Origin: an uncultured Planctomycetota bacterium
Lineage (GTDB): Bacteria > Planctomycetota > Planctomycetia > Isosphaerales > Isosphaeraceae
Direction: 5' to 3'
Length of the DNA stretch: 64,000 bases
NCBI GenBank assembly: GCA_963845755.1
Contig: CAWJTV010000047.1
Location: 160,001 to 224,000 of the forward strand
The notes under the pieces: generated by a model
Databases searched by the model: none
Told to the model about the DNA's origin: nothing
The model's input: only the letters and a program-made list of their open reading frames with translations
In this document: positions 11,845 to 21,464 of the stretch, one piece after another
Layout of the letters: every line of letters begins with the position of its first letter
Position numbering within the stretch: the stretch's first letter is position 1
Made by a program: the position numbers and the translations under genes

Positions 11845-12195
11845 ATGAGCGTTGCAACTCGCTTCCTGCGCCGAGACCCCGCCGACGTCGAGCCCTGGGC
11901 CGAAACCTGCGGCCAGATTCGACCGCTCGTCGAAGAGGCCGATGGAGCCGCCGCCGAGATCCACCACGTCGAGATCCAGGACGCCCGGCTGCACTACCAC
12001 GCGCGGACCGACGAGTTCTACTACATCATCGACGGCACTGGCACGATGGTCCTGGATGACGAGGAGATCGAGCTGCATCGAGGCGTGGTCGTCTACGTGC
12101 CCCGGGGCGTGAAGCACAAGGCCATCGGCCGGTTGACGATCCTCACCGTCTGCATCCCGCCGGGCGTCCTGGGCGACATCCACGAGATGGAGTGA
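11845..12195 (+). CDS. Cupin domain protein
   Basis: LHYHARTDEFYYIIDGTG and VYVPRGVKH cupin motifs. Confidence 0.9.
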   Translation: MSVATRFLRRDPADVEPWAETCGQIRPLVEEADGAAAEIHHVEIQDARLHYHARTDEFYYIIDGTGTMVLDDEEIELHRGVVVYVPRGVKHKAIGRLTILTVCIPPGVLGDIHEME

Positions 12196-12454
12196 GCCCC
12201 AAGGCTATTCACTAAGGAGTAGCATTTATAGAAAAATTGATTTGAATATTTTCATAGTTTATTTATTATATTAACATCGATGGATCGAGCGGTCGGTTGT
12301 CGCACCTGTTCCTCCACCTGTTCTCAGGTGCACGGCTCACGCTCGAATCGTGCAGGTACCACGCGATCGCAATGGCATGCGCGGCCCATTCGCGAAGCGC
12401 CCTCGGTTCCGGTTTCCGAGATCGCGAGGCCGTTGAGGGCGTGACGTACGGGGG

Positions 12455-13315
12455 ATGTCGATGACGTTAGTCGCCCTCGGGCTGGTCCTGATCGCGGCGT
12501 TCCTCCACGCGACCTGGAACCTGCTGGCCAAGCGGGCCGGCGGGGGCGGCTCCTTGGTCTGGCTCTACGGGACGATCTCGGCAGTGCTTCTCACGCCGCC
12601 GGGCCTTGCCGCAATCGTCATCAGGCGAGGCGGGATCGGCTCCATGGGGCTGGTTTGCGCGTTCGCCAGTGCCATCCTGCACGTCGCCTACTTCCTGATC
12701 CTTCAACGTGGGTACCAGATCGGTGACCTGTCGGTCGTCTATCCGATCGCCCGGGGCACGGCCCCTGTGCTGACCACGGTCGCCGCCGTCGCCCTGCTTG
12801 GCGAGCGACCCTCGCTACCGGCGCTCTGCGGTGCGATCCTGGTTGCGCTGGGTGTTTTTATCCTGGCGAAACCCGACCAAGGGACTGCGGTTGACGGTCG
12901 TCGGGTTGTCGCCTTCGGCCTGGTGACCGGCGTCTTGATCGCCTGCTATACGATCTGCGACAAGCTGGCCGTCGCCAATTACGGAGTTCCACCACTGATC
13001 CAGCAATGGGGAACCAGTCTCGGAATCGCCATCTTTCTCGCCCCGGTCACGATCCGGAGCCGACCCGAGGTCCGAGACCTGTGGAACACGAAGTGGCGTG
13101 AGATCCTGGCCATCGGCGTGCTGGTCCCGGCGGCCTATATCCTCGTACTGACCGCGATGACGATCAGCCCGGTCAGCTATGTCGCCCCGGCGCGGGAGAT
13201 CAGCATCTTGTTTGCTACGATGATGGGGACACACCTTTTGTCCGAGAATCGCTCGGGAAGGCAAATCGCCGCCGTGATCATGGTCATCGGGGTGATCGCG
13301 TTGGCCCTGGGATAG
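12455..13315 (+). CDS. EamA/DMT family transporter
   Basis: About 10 hydrophobic helices; LHATWNLLAK, GDLSVVYPIARG, SYVAPAREISI. Confidence 0.92.
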   Translation: MSMTLVALGLVLIAAFLHATWNLLAKRAGGGGSLVWLYGTISAVLLTPPGLAAIVIRRGGIGSMGLVCAFASAILHVAYFLILQRGYQIGDLSVVYPIARGTAPVLTTVAAVALLGERPSLPALCGAILVALGVFILAKPDQGTAVDGRRVVAFGLVTGVLIACYTICDKLAVANYGVPPLIQQWGTSLGIAIFLAPVTIRSRPEVRDLWNTKWREILAIGVLVPAAYILVLTAMTISPVSYVAPAREISILFATMMGTHLLSENRSGRQIAAVIMVIGVIALALG

Positions 13316-13453
13316 CCCACGTCACGCTCGATCGCCCAAGAGCCGGACTGAAAGAGGAACCTGCATCCGATCGCACGACGCATGCGCGCCCCGGTCGTGC
13401 TCCGACGGATCCCTCGTGTCCTCGCCATTCGTCGTAGTCGGCGCCTTGGAGAG

Positions 13454-14974
13454 TCACGTCATCCGCGCCGTGCCTCCCAGGACCGGATGTTGGTCTGGGG
13501 ACTGGTCGCTGGTCCACACTGCCACTGGCAGGCGCAGGACGAACAGGCTCCCCGCTCCGGGCGCACTTCGAAGTTCAAGCGTCCCGCCGTAGTTTGCGGC
13601 GATCCGATGCGCGACGGCCAGGCCCAGGCCGATGCCTGTATGACCGTCGCGACGCGTCTGCTCGCCGCGAAAGAACGGCTCGAAGACTCGCGCTGCGTCC
13701 TTGGTGGAGAGCCCGCAGCCCCGATCTTCCACACTGATCGAGATCGATCCCCCCTCCCGATGCGTCCGAACCGTGATCGGCGTCCCCGGCGCGCTGTACT
13801 TGCAGGCGTTCTCGAGCAGGTTGTCGACGACCTGGGCCAACAACGATGGGTGAATCCGCACCACGAGCGGAGAGTCGTCGGCAACCTTCGCGTCGAAGTC
13901 GGCCGCTCGCGCGTGATCCGACCATCGGTCGAGGTGGTCGGGAACCCAATGAGTGAGGTCCACCACTTCGGGCTCGGGCTGGCACGTTTCGGGCCGGGCC
14001 AGCAGGAGCAACGACTCGATGATCTGTCGCAATCGCGTCCCTTCGTCGCGGACACGCTCAAGGACCTGCCGGTATTCCTCGGACGTACGATCTCGGCGCA
14101 GCGCCACCTGGACCTGGCCGAGGAGGGCGGCCAGGGGTGTGCGGAGCTGGTGCGAGGCGTCGCCTGCGAACCGCTGCTGCCGGTCGTGTGCCTCATGCAT
14201 GTGAAGAAAGGTCGCGTGCAGCCGCTCGAGGAGGTCATTGAAGGCCCGGCCCAGATCGTCGAGCTCGTCGCCGGTGCCCGGTGAGGGCAATCGATTGCCC
14301 AGGTCGGCGACCGTCATCGCGGTCGCCGATCGGGCCATGCGACTCAACGGCGCGAGCCCACGGAGACACAGCCGTCGGCCCACGATCGTCGCCGCGGCCC
14401 AGATTCCGATCGAGAGCATCGCCAGAGTCAGTCCGAGATGACTCAATGTCGCCTCCACTGGCGCCGGCGTCAGTCCCACGACCAGGATCAGGGCCTGATA
14501 CTGCACTTCATAGCCCGGCTCGTCGTTTGGGTGCCCGCGCCCGCGACGCAACAGCTCGCCCAGCTCCAGCCGGCGCGCCGCCATTCGCCATCCGGGGACT
14601 GTGCCGAAGACGGTCCCGTCGGGAGGGCTCGAGGGCCAGGCCGGCGGCATCCATGATGGTGAAAAATCGCCGGCAACCGCATTGGCCGAACGGTCGACCA
14701 GGCTTCCCTTGCCATCGCGAACCGCCCAACGCACGGTGCTGATCCCGCGATCAACTCCGAGCGTCATCTGGCGGTCCGCGGGCTCCCATTCGAGGCCACC
14801 CGGCTCGATGTCCACCGAGGCCTCCAGCGTGTCCAGCGACCTCTGTAACCTCTCGTCGAGCTCACGGATCAGGTGGGTCCGCGCCAGCACGTACAGGGTC
14901 CCCGAGAAGCCCGCCAGGACCAGGGCCAGCGCGATCAGGAAAAACGCCGAGAGGCGCGTGGCCAGGCTCATCAT
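13454..14974 (-). CDS. Membrane sensor histidine kinase (HAMP-HisKA-HATPase)
   Basis: Two TM helices, DELDDLGRAFN, H-box FAGDASHQLRTPL, NLLENACKY, DRGCG, GIGLGL. Confidence 0.95.
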   Translation of the reverse strand: MMSLATRLSAFFLIALALVLAGFSGTLYVLARTHLIRELDERLQRSLDTLEASVDIEPGGLEWEPADRQMTLGVDRGISTVRWAVRDGKGSLVDRSANAVAGDFSPSWMPPAWPSSPPDGTVFGTVPGWRMAARRLELGELLRRGRGHPNDEPGYEVQYQALILVVGLTPAPVEATLSHLGLTLAMLSIGIWAAATIVGRRLCLRGLAPLSRMARSATAMTVADLGNRLPSPGTGDELDDLGRAFNDLLERLHATFLHMHEAHDRQQRFAGDASHQLRTPLAALLGQVQVALRRDRTSEEYRQVLERVRDEGTRLRQIIESLLLLARPETCQPEPEVVDLTHWVPDHLDRWSDHARAADFDAKVADDSPLVVRIHPSLLAQVVDNLLENACKYSAPGTPITVRTHREGGSISISVEDRGCGLSTKDAARVFEPFFRGEQTRRDGHTGIGLGLAVAHRIAANYGGTLELRSAPGAGSLFVLRLPVAVWTSDQSPDQHPVLGGTARMT

Positions 14975-15669
14975 CTCGTCTCCTCATCCGCCAGCGGCGC
15001 CGGGCCGAAAGCGTATCCCCGGCCCCGCACCGTGTGAATGACGCGCGGTCCAAGAGCCTCGAGCTTTCGACGCAGCTCCATGACGTGGACCCCCAACGTA
15101 TTGGACTCCATGTCGAAGGGCTCATGCCACACCTGTTCGTAGATCTCGACCCGGTTGAGCACGCGCCCGGGATGCTGGAGGAAGAAGATCAACAGGGCGA
15201 GCTCCTTGGTGGCCAGATCGAGTGGCCGGCCGGTTCGCGCTGCCCGCTGGGCAACCAGGTCGACGCTCACGTCCCCGTGAACGAGCGTCGTCTCCGGAAG
15301 CTCCTCGCGACGACGGATCAATGCGCGAACACGGGCCAGCAGCTCGTCGAAGTCGAACGGCTTGCAGAGGTAGTCATCGGCCCCGCTGTCGAGGCCGAGC
15401 ACACGATCAGCCACCTGGTCGCGGGCCGTCAGGATCAGCACCGGGGTCCGGCGATCGCGTTCCCGGAGGCGACGGAGCAGCGCCAGGCCGTCTTCTCCAG
15501 GTAACCACCAATCGAGCAGGACGAGATCCCATCGGCCGGACGCCAGGCCACGCCGGCCGGCATCGCCGTCGGCGGCGTGCTCGACCGTGTACCCCTCCTC
15601 GCGCAGACCGGTCACCAGATAGTCGGCAATATTCGCCTCGTCCTCCACCAACAGGATACGGCTGCCCAT
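14971..15669 (-). CDS. OmpR-family response regulator
   Basis: ILLVEDE, LLDWWLP, GADDYLCKPF, winged helix IHTVRGRGY; 4-bp overlap with the kinase. Confidence 0.95.
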   Translation of the reverse strand: MGSRILLVEDEANIADYLVTGLREEGYTVEHAADGDAGRRGLASGRWDLVLLDWWLPGEDGLALLRRLRERDRRTPVLILTARDQVADRVLGLDSGADDYLCKPFDFDELLARVRALIRRREELPETTLVHGDVSVDLVAQRAARTGRPLDLATKELALLIFFLQHPGRVLNRVEIYEQVWHEPFDMESNTLGVHVMELRRKLEALGPRVIHTVRGRGYAFGPAPLADEETR

Positions 15670-16129
15670 GGTTCACCCTCTTGCCGATCCGCCACTGGCC
15701 ATCGAGATCGACTCACCTCAAGACATTCTACCGCCTGGGCTGTTCCCCCGGCGCGCCAACTTTTTGAGGCCAACTCACAACCTCCCGAACCAAGCCCATT
15801 CCTGGAGCGTATGCTGGATTAGCTCAGGTTGGTCAAAACGTGGCACGTGGATCGGAGGCACGTCCCGCAGGCCCGCACTCTGCCCCTTGCCAGCGGGGTG
15901 AGCTGTCATGCCGACAGGTTCCCACCAGGACTCGGAATCAGCCGCCGTCTTATGCCGTTGCTCAGCCTGTGCACTGAAGACCGGGTTTCGCAATTGACAT
16001 TGAGAGCGTCGATCCTCAGAGATGAGCCACTCACGCATGTCCCGCTCGGCGACTTGGCGTCGAGCATCACGGGTACCGGCTCACTCCGAACACGACCTCC
16101 TACAGGCTTACCCGAAAGCGAGGTAGATC

Positions 16130-18115
16130 ATGGTCGCCACGGTCGTCCTGTGTTGCGCGATGATCGGCCAGGCTCAGTCGCCCTCAGCCGCGGCGCCGGC
16201 CGATCACGAGGCCTACATGCGCGCCAAGAGCCAGGCGGGCCACGACGCCAAGGCCCATGTCCAACTGGCCCTCTGGTGTGAGGCCCATGGCCTGACAAGC
16301 GAGCGGATCGAACAACTGGCACTGGCGGTCATGCGCGACCCGCACGACGCGGTGGCGCGCGGACTCCTGGGGTTGGTCTCCTATCAAGGAAAATGGCAGT
16401 CCGCGATGGAGGTGGAAAAGCAGGTCCAGAAGGATGAAGCCTACCAGAAACTCGTCCGGGATTACCTCGACCTTCGCTCCCGCACACCCGAGAAGGCCGA
16501 CGCCCAGTTGAAGCTGGCAGCCTGGTGCGGCGAGAAGGGGCTGAAGGACCAGGCGCAGGCGCACTATAGTGCCGTGGTACGCCTTGATCCCTCTCGCGAC
16601 CTCGCCTGGAAACATCTGGGTTACAAGAAATACGGCAACCGCTGGATCAAGCCCCCGGAGGCCGCGGCCGAGCGGCACGAGGCCGATCATCAGAGGATCG
16701 CCAATGTGCATTGGAAGATGCGATTGGAGAACCTGCATGACGAATTGCTGAGCACCAGCGCTACGCGGCGCGAGCGAGCCGAGAGGGGGCTGGCCGAGAT
16801 CGACGATCCGCGAGCCGTGCCGATGGTCTGGAACGTACTCGCCACCGGCGGCGAGCGGTCGCAGGTCGCCGCCGTGAAAGTGTTGGGGCAGATCGACGGC
16901 GCACCGGCCTCCAGTTCGCTGGCCACTCTGGCGGTCTTCAGTTCATCCCCGACCGTACGTCGGCTCGCGAGCACTTCACTGGCCGCGCGCGACCCTCGCG
17001 ACGTGATCGGCCAGTTGATCAACCTGGTCCGCCGCCCGTTCAAGTACAGTGTGCGGTCGGGCTGGGGACCGGGCTCGGCGGGCGAGCTCTTCGTTGACGG
17101 AGAACGGTTCAACCTCACGCGGCTCTATCAATTACCGAGGATCGATTTGCGCCTGGTTCCTGCCGCACCTCCTTCGACGGTTTCGCCGGCTGCGGTGACG
17201 GCGAACAACGGCACGGTGGTGACTCTTCCCAACGGCCGTACGGCCGTGACCGCCGGCATGGGCACGGCGGTCGCCGACCAAGTACGGACGATGATGGAGA
17301 CGGCCAGGGTCGCGACAGTTCAGCGCGATCTCGTCATTCTCCGGACTCTGAACGAAGACATCCAGACCGTCGAGAACGCCAACAATCAGATCAATCAGGT
17401 CAATAGCCGCGTGCTGCCGATCCTGAGAAGCCTCACCGGGCAGGATCTGGGTGTGGATCCCCAGTCGTGGCAGACGTGGTGGACCGACCAGCTCGGTTAC
17501 GTTTACCAGCCGAGCCAGCCGACGTCCAAGCCCACGTACACGGAAACGGTGTACCTCCCGGACATCCAGGTCCCCGTGCCGCTCTCCACGCCAGATCTCT
17601 CGCTCGGCGTGCCGCTCTCCGTGCGACGCCATCATTCCTGCTTCGCCGCCGGCACCCTGGTCCACACCATCGACGGCCCTCGTACGATCGAGTCGATCCT
17701 GGTCGGCGACCGCGTGCTGTCACAGAACACGACGACCGGTCTGCTGGCATTCGAGCCTGTGGTGGCAACCCATCTCAACGCACCCTCACCGACGCTTCGC
17801 ATCCGCATCGACGGCGAAACGATCGTCGCAACCGGCATTCACCGCTTCTGGAAAGCCGGCAAGGGGTGGGTCATGGCCCGCGAGCTCAAGGCGGGGGACC
17901 GCCTGCGGATGATCGGCGGTGCCGTCGAGATCGCATCGATCGTACCCGACAAGACTCAGCCGGTTTACAACCTCGACGTCGCCGAGAACCGCGACTTCTT
18001 CGTGGGGACCAAGGGCCTGCTGGTTCACGACTTCAGCTTCGTCCAGCCGGTCCTCGCGCCGTTTGACCGTCTGCCCGACCTCCCAGAGTCGTCATTGGCC
18101 GGTCCGCCGCGCTGA
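16130..18115 (+). CDS. Secreted HEAT-repeat-like protein with C-terminal Hint (intein-like) domain
   Basis: Signal peptide; two LAxWC..GL repeats; HEAT-like helices; LTGQDLG..WQTWW; Hint from CFAAGTLV (17639) through TGIHRF and VYNLDV to LLVHD (18031). Confidence 0.9.
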   Translation: MVATVVLCCAMIGQAQSPSAAAPADHEAYMRAKSQAGHDAKAHVQLALWCEAHGLTSERIEQLALAVMRDPHDAVARGLLGLVSYQGKWQSAMEVEKQVQKDEAYQKLVRDYLDLRSRTPEKADAQLKLAAWCGEKGLKDQAQAHYSAVVRLDPSRDLAWKHLGYKKYGNRWIKPPEAAAERHEADHQRIANVHWKMRLENLHDELLSTSATRRERAERGLAEIDDPRAVPMVWNVLATGGERSQVAAVKVLGQIDGAPASSSLATLAVFSSSPTVRRLASTSLAARDPRDVIGQLINLVRRPFKYSVRSGWGPGSAGELFVDGERFNLTRLYQLPRIDLRLVPAAPPSTVSPAAVTANNGTVVTLPNGRTAVTAGMGTAVADQVRTMMETARVATVQRDLVILRTLNEDIQTVENANNQINQVNSRVLPILRSLTGQDLGVDPQSWQTWWTDQLGYVYQPSQPTSKPTYTETVYLPDIQVPVPLSTPDLSLGVPLSVRRHHSCFAAGTLVHTIDGPRTIESILVGDRVLSQNTTTGLLAFEPVVATHLNAPSPTLRIRIDGETIVATGIHRFWKAGKGWVMARELKAGDRLRMIGGAVEIASIVPDKTQPVYNLDVAENRDFFVGTKGLLVHDFSFVQPVLAPFDRLPDLPESSLAGPPR

Positions 18116-18394
18116 GTACGTCCCGGGCTTCGGCCAATCGCCCGGGGCTTCTCATCGGTCCGTCGCCAATGTGTGAGGCTCAGGCGGCGGCGGACCAATT
18201 CCGGCTGCTTCATGGTCTAGAGGTTCCGATATGGCCGCGCGGATGAGTCTTGCCAACGCGCCAGGGACCGCTCGGCATACATGCTGTAATCGCTTCGCTT
18301 GACCACGTCCCTCCGGATAATGGCTCTCATCTGTCAATTCAATGCCGGAGGAACGTCTCCTCATCAGGATACAGCATCGTGTCCATTCACCTCG

Positions 18395-19939
18395 TCAAGC
18401 TCCCTTCATCCCCAGGCTCTCCATCAGAAACGGCAAATCGATTTCGGGATAAACCGGATAGGAGCCCAGTAGGGCATCGACGCGGGCATGGGCCTGGTTG
18501 CGGGCGTCGTCGTCCAGTGTGTACTTCGCCTTATCGCGGGCGCCCGACTTGGTCGTCCCAGGCCGGATGTTCTTCAGCACCAGGGCGACAACCTCTGCGA
18601 TCTCCTCCATTTCGGCCTGGCCCATTCCCAGCGTGGTGACCGCGGGTGTGCCGAACCGCAGGCCGCTGGTGTACCACGGGCCGTTGGCGTCGAAGGGGAC
18701 CGGGTTGCGGTTGAGCGTGATGCCGCAGCGACGGACGGCGTCTTCGGCCTGCCTGCCGGTAATCCCGTGGGTCCTGGCGACATCCACGACCATCAGGTGA
18801 TTGTCGGTCCCACCGGTGACAACCGAGAGCCCCTGTCGCATGAACGCCTCGGCGAGCGAGCGAGCGTTATCCACGATCTTCTGGGCGTAGGTTGAGAACT
18901 CGGGACGCAGCGCTTCGGTGAACGCCACGGCCTTGGCGGCCATCACGTGGGGCAGGGGCCCTCCCAGCACGAGCGGACAGCCGCGGTCGACCGCGTCGCT
19001 GAACTCGGGGGTCGTCAGGACGAGCCCGCCGCGCGGTCCTCGCAAAGTCTTGTGGGTCGTCGTCGTCACGATCTGGGCATGCGGGATCGGGTTAAATTCG
19101 TCTTTGAGGACTTTCCCGGCCACCAGGCCCGAGAAGTGGGCCATGTCGACCATCAGCACCGCACCCACCGTGTCCGCAATCGCGCGCATTCGGGCGTAGT
19201 TGATGTTGCGCGAATAAGCGCTGAAGCCGGCCAGGAGGATCAGGGGCTTGACCTCTCGGGCCTGCCGTTCGATGGCATCGTAGTCGAGGAGGAACGTTTC
19301 GCGGTTAACGGTGTATCCGTGGGACTCGAACATCTTGCCCGAGGAATTGAGCCGGTAGCCGTGAGTCAGGTGCCCGCCCGAGGCGAGGTCCAGCCCGAGG
19401 AGGCGCTGATTTCCCAGGGCCTGGCGGACGGCTCCCCATTGTTCCGTGGTGAGTTTGTACCAGTCGCCGGCGGTGAGGTCGTCCGGGCTCTCGACGCCCA
19501 GGAGCCGGCTCATCTCGGCCAGCTCGACCCTGGCCCGCAGGATGGCCCAGAACGCGACGAGATTGGCATCCGCGCCGCTGTGCGGTTGCGCGTACGCGTG
19601 CGCAGCACCGAAGAGTTCTTTCGCACGATTGTTGGCCAGATCCTCGATCGAGTTGACGTTGTCGCACCCGGCGTAAAAGCGGTGGTGGGGGATTCCCTCG
19701 GCGTACTTGTCGGTCAGGAGATTGGCCATGCCGCATTGGGTCGCCAGCGACGAATAGTTTTCGCTGGCGATCAACTTGATATTGCTCCGCTGGTCGGCCA
19801 GCTCCTGAACGATCGACCGCGCCACCTCGGGTGCGACGCTCGCGACACACTCAAGGTTGGCCAGGTAGGCCAGGAATCCCGGAGGAGTCGTTGCGGGATC
19901 TTTGGTATGGAGGTAGCGCGAGATCAACGAGTTCGTCAT
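18395..19939 (-). CDS. glyA: Serine hydroxymethyltransferase
   Basis: LIASENY, KYAEG, QPHSGADAN, GGHLTHG, DMAHFSGL, TTTTHKTLRGPRGG, SGLRFGT. Confidence 0.97.
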   Translation of the reverse strand: MTNSLISRYLHTKDPATTPPGFLAYLANLECVASVAPEVARSIVQELADQRSNIKLIASENYSSLATQCGMANLLTDKYAEGIPHHRFYAGCDNVNSIEDLANNRAKELFGAAHAYAQPHSGADANLVAFWAILRARVELAEMSRLLGVESPDDLTAGDWYKLTTEQWGAVRQALGNQRLLGLDLASGGHLTHGYRLNSSGKMFESHGYTVNRETFLLDYDAIERQAREVKPLILLAGFSAYSRNINYARMRAIADTVGAVLMVDMAHFSGLVAGKVLKDEFNPIPHAQIVTTTTHKTLRGPRGGLVLTTPEFSDAVDRGCPLVLGGPLPHVMAAKAVAFTEALRPEFSTYAQKIVDNARSLAEAFMRQGLSVVTGGTDNHLMVVDVARTHGITGRQAEDAVRRCGITLNRNPVPFDANGPWYTSGLRFGTPAVTTLGMGQAEMEEIAEVVALVLKNIRPGTTKSGARDKAKYTLDDDARNQAHARVDALLGSYPVYPEIDLPFLMESLGMKGA

Positions 19940-20139
19940 GGATGAACGCTCGAGGGTGAGAGAGACGGCGGTTGACCGATCCGGCCTGCCATGTGATCCT
20001 GCCCGCGTAATCCCGTCGGCTGGTGGTTCGCTGTGCCGGGCGCGCCGACCGGTTATAATGTGGCCCGCCAATGATCCCGAATTGTAACGACGGGGGAAGC
20101 CCCGGCTCAAGAGACGCTTCAAATCCAGGAGGGCCTGTG

Positions 20140-21061
20140 ATGGGACTCGAGTTCGCACCCGGGAAGACCCGGATCGGTTGGATCGGCACCGGGGTTATGG
20201 GCTCGTCGATGTGCGGGCATCTAATTGCGGCCGGCTACTCTGCCACGATCTTCAACCGGACAGCCGACAAGGCCAAGCCGCTGGTCAACAAGGGTGCGAA
20301 GCTCGCCGACTCACCCCGGGCGGTCGCGCAGGCTTCCGACGTCGTCTTCACGATCGTCGGTTATCCTAGCGATGTCCGCGAAGTGACGCTCGGCGATCAT
20401 GGCACGCTCGCCGGCGCGAAGCCGGGGGCCGTCCTGGTCGACATGACCACGAGTGAGCCGGCGCTGGCCATCGAGGTCGATCGAGCCGCACGGGCCAAGG
20501 GCGTTCATGCCGTCAACGCACCGGTCTCCGGTGGCGACGTCGGCGCGCGCGAGGCGCGGCTCTCGATCATGATTGGCGGCGAGAAGGACGTCGTCATCGG
20601 CGCTCCGACCGCTCTTCGACCTCATGGGGAAGACGATCGTCCACCAGGGTCCCGCCGGCGCGGGTCAGCATACCAAGATGGTCAATCAGGTGCTGATCGC
20701 CAGCAACATGATCGGCGTATGCGAGGCGCTGCTGTATGGCTACAAGGCCGGGCTGGATCTCAACGTCGTACTTCAGAGCGTCGGCAGCGGCGCGGCGGGT
20801 TCGTGGAGCCTGAACAACCTCGGCCCGCGGATGATCGCCGGCAATTTCGAGCCGGGCTTCTACGTCGAGCACTTCCTCAAAGACATGCGCATCGCCCTGG
20901 CCGAGTCGCAGCGGATGGGGCTCAGCCTGCCCGGGTTGGCACTCGCCGAACAGCTCTACCGAGCGGTGGCCGCCCAGGGATACGCCCGGAAGGGCACGCA
21001 CGCTTTGATGCTCGCTCTGGCTCGCCTGTCCGACATCGAATGGCAGAAACGACCGAGCTGA
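20140..21061 (+). CDS. NAD(P)-dependent beta-hydroxyacid dehydrogenase (3-hydroxyisobutyrate dehydrogenase family), frameshift near 20600
   Basis: [41 protein letters not shown]. Confidence 0.93.
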
Positions 21062-21464
21062 CGGCTCGGTCGTGAGCTCACCGGCAGCCTCGACGCCGGC
21101 AAGGCCGCGGCACGCCCGCGCAGGCCTCCGCGGTTGCGGTTGCGGTTGACGGTGGTGCGGAACTTACATACGATCCCTTCGCAACTCGCTGACGGCCCTC
21201 GACCGTCGTAGATCCCGTTCCGCGTCGCGGTCTCATGGCCGCCCGTTTCGCCCGATCGGCCATCGCGCGTCCCATTGACATGTGCGCTCGACTCGGCCAC
21301 TCCGCGAGGCCGTGTGAATCGCGGAGGCTTCCTCTCGGGAAGGCCGACAGGAGGCCAGGCCCGAATCGGGGCAATCTGGGCCGCGAAGCGACGGCGACCG
21401 GCGATCGAAGGAATGAGTTCCCGCGGACATCGTCTGTCATCTCCAAGGAGGGAGGCCCACCACG

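Noticed and set aside
15813..15840. tRNA-like 5' string gctggattagctcaggttggtc
   Set aside because: The D-stem partner is missing (aaac rather than gagc), and no anticodon arm, T-loop or acceptor complement follows
16130..18115. Polymorphic toxin/immunity pair
   Set aside because: Only 27 residues follow the Hint domain and no small immunity gene is evident
19940..20135. Possible riboswitch upstream of glyA
   Set aside because: No recognisable ZTP, glycine or THF consensus by eye; an Rfam covariance scan would be needed
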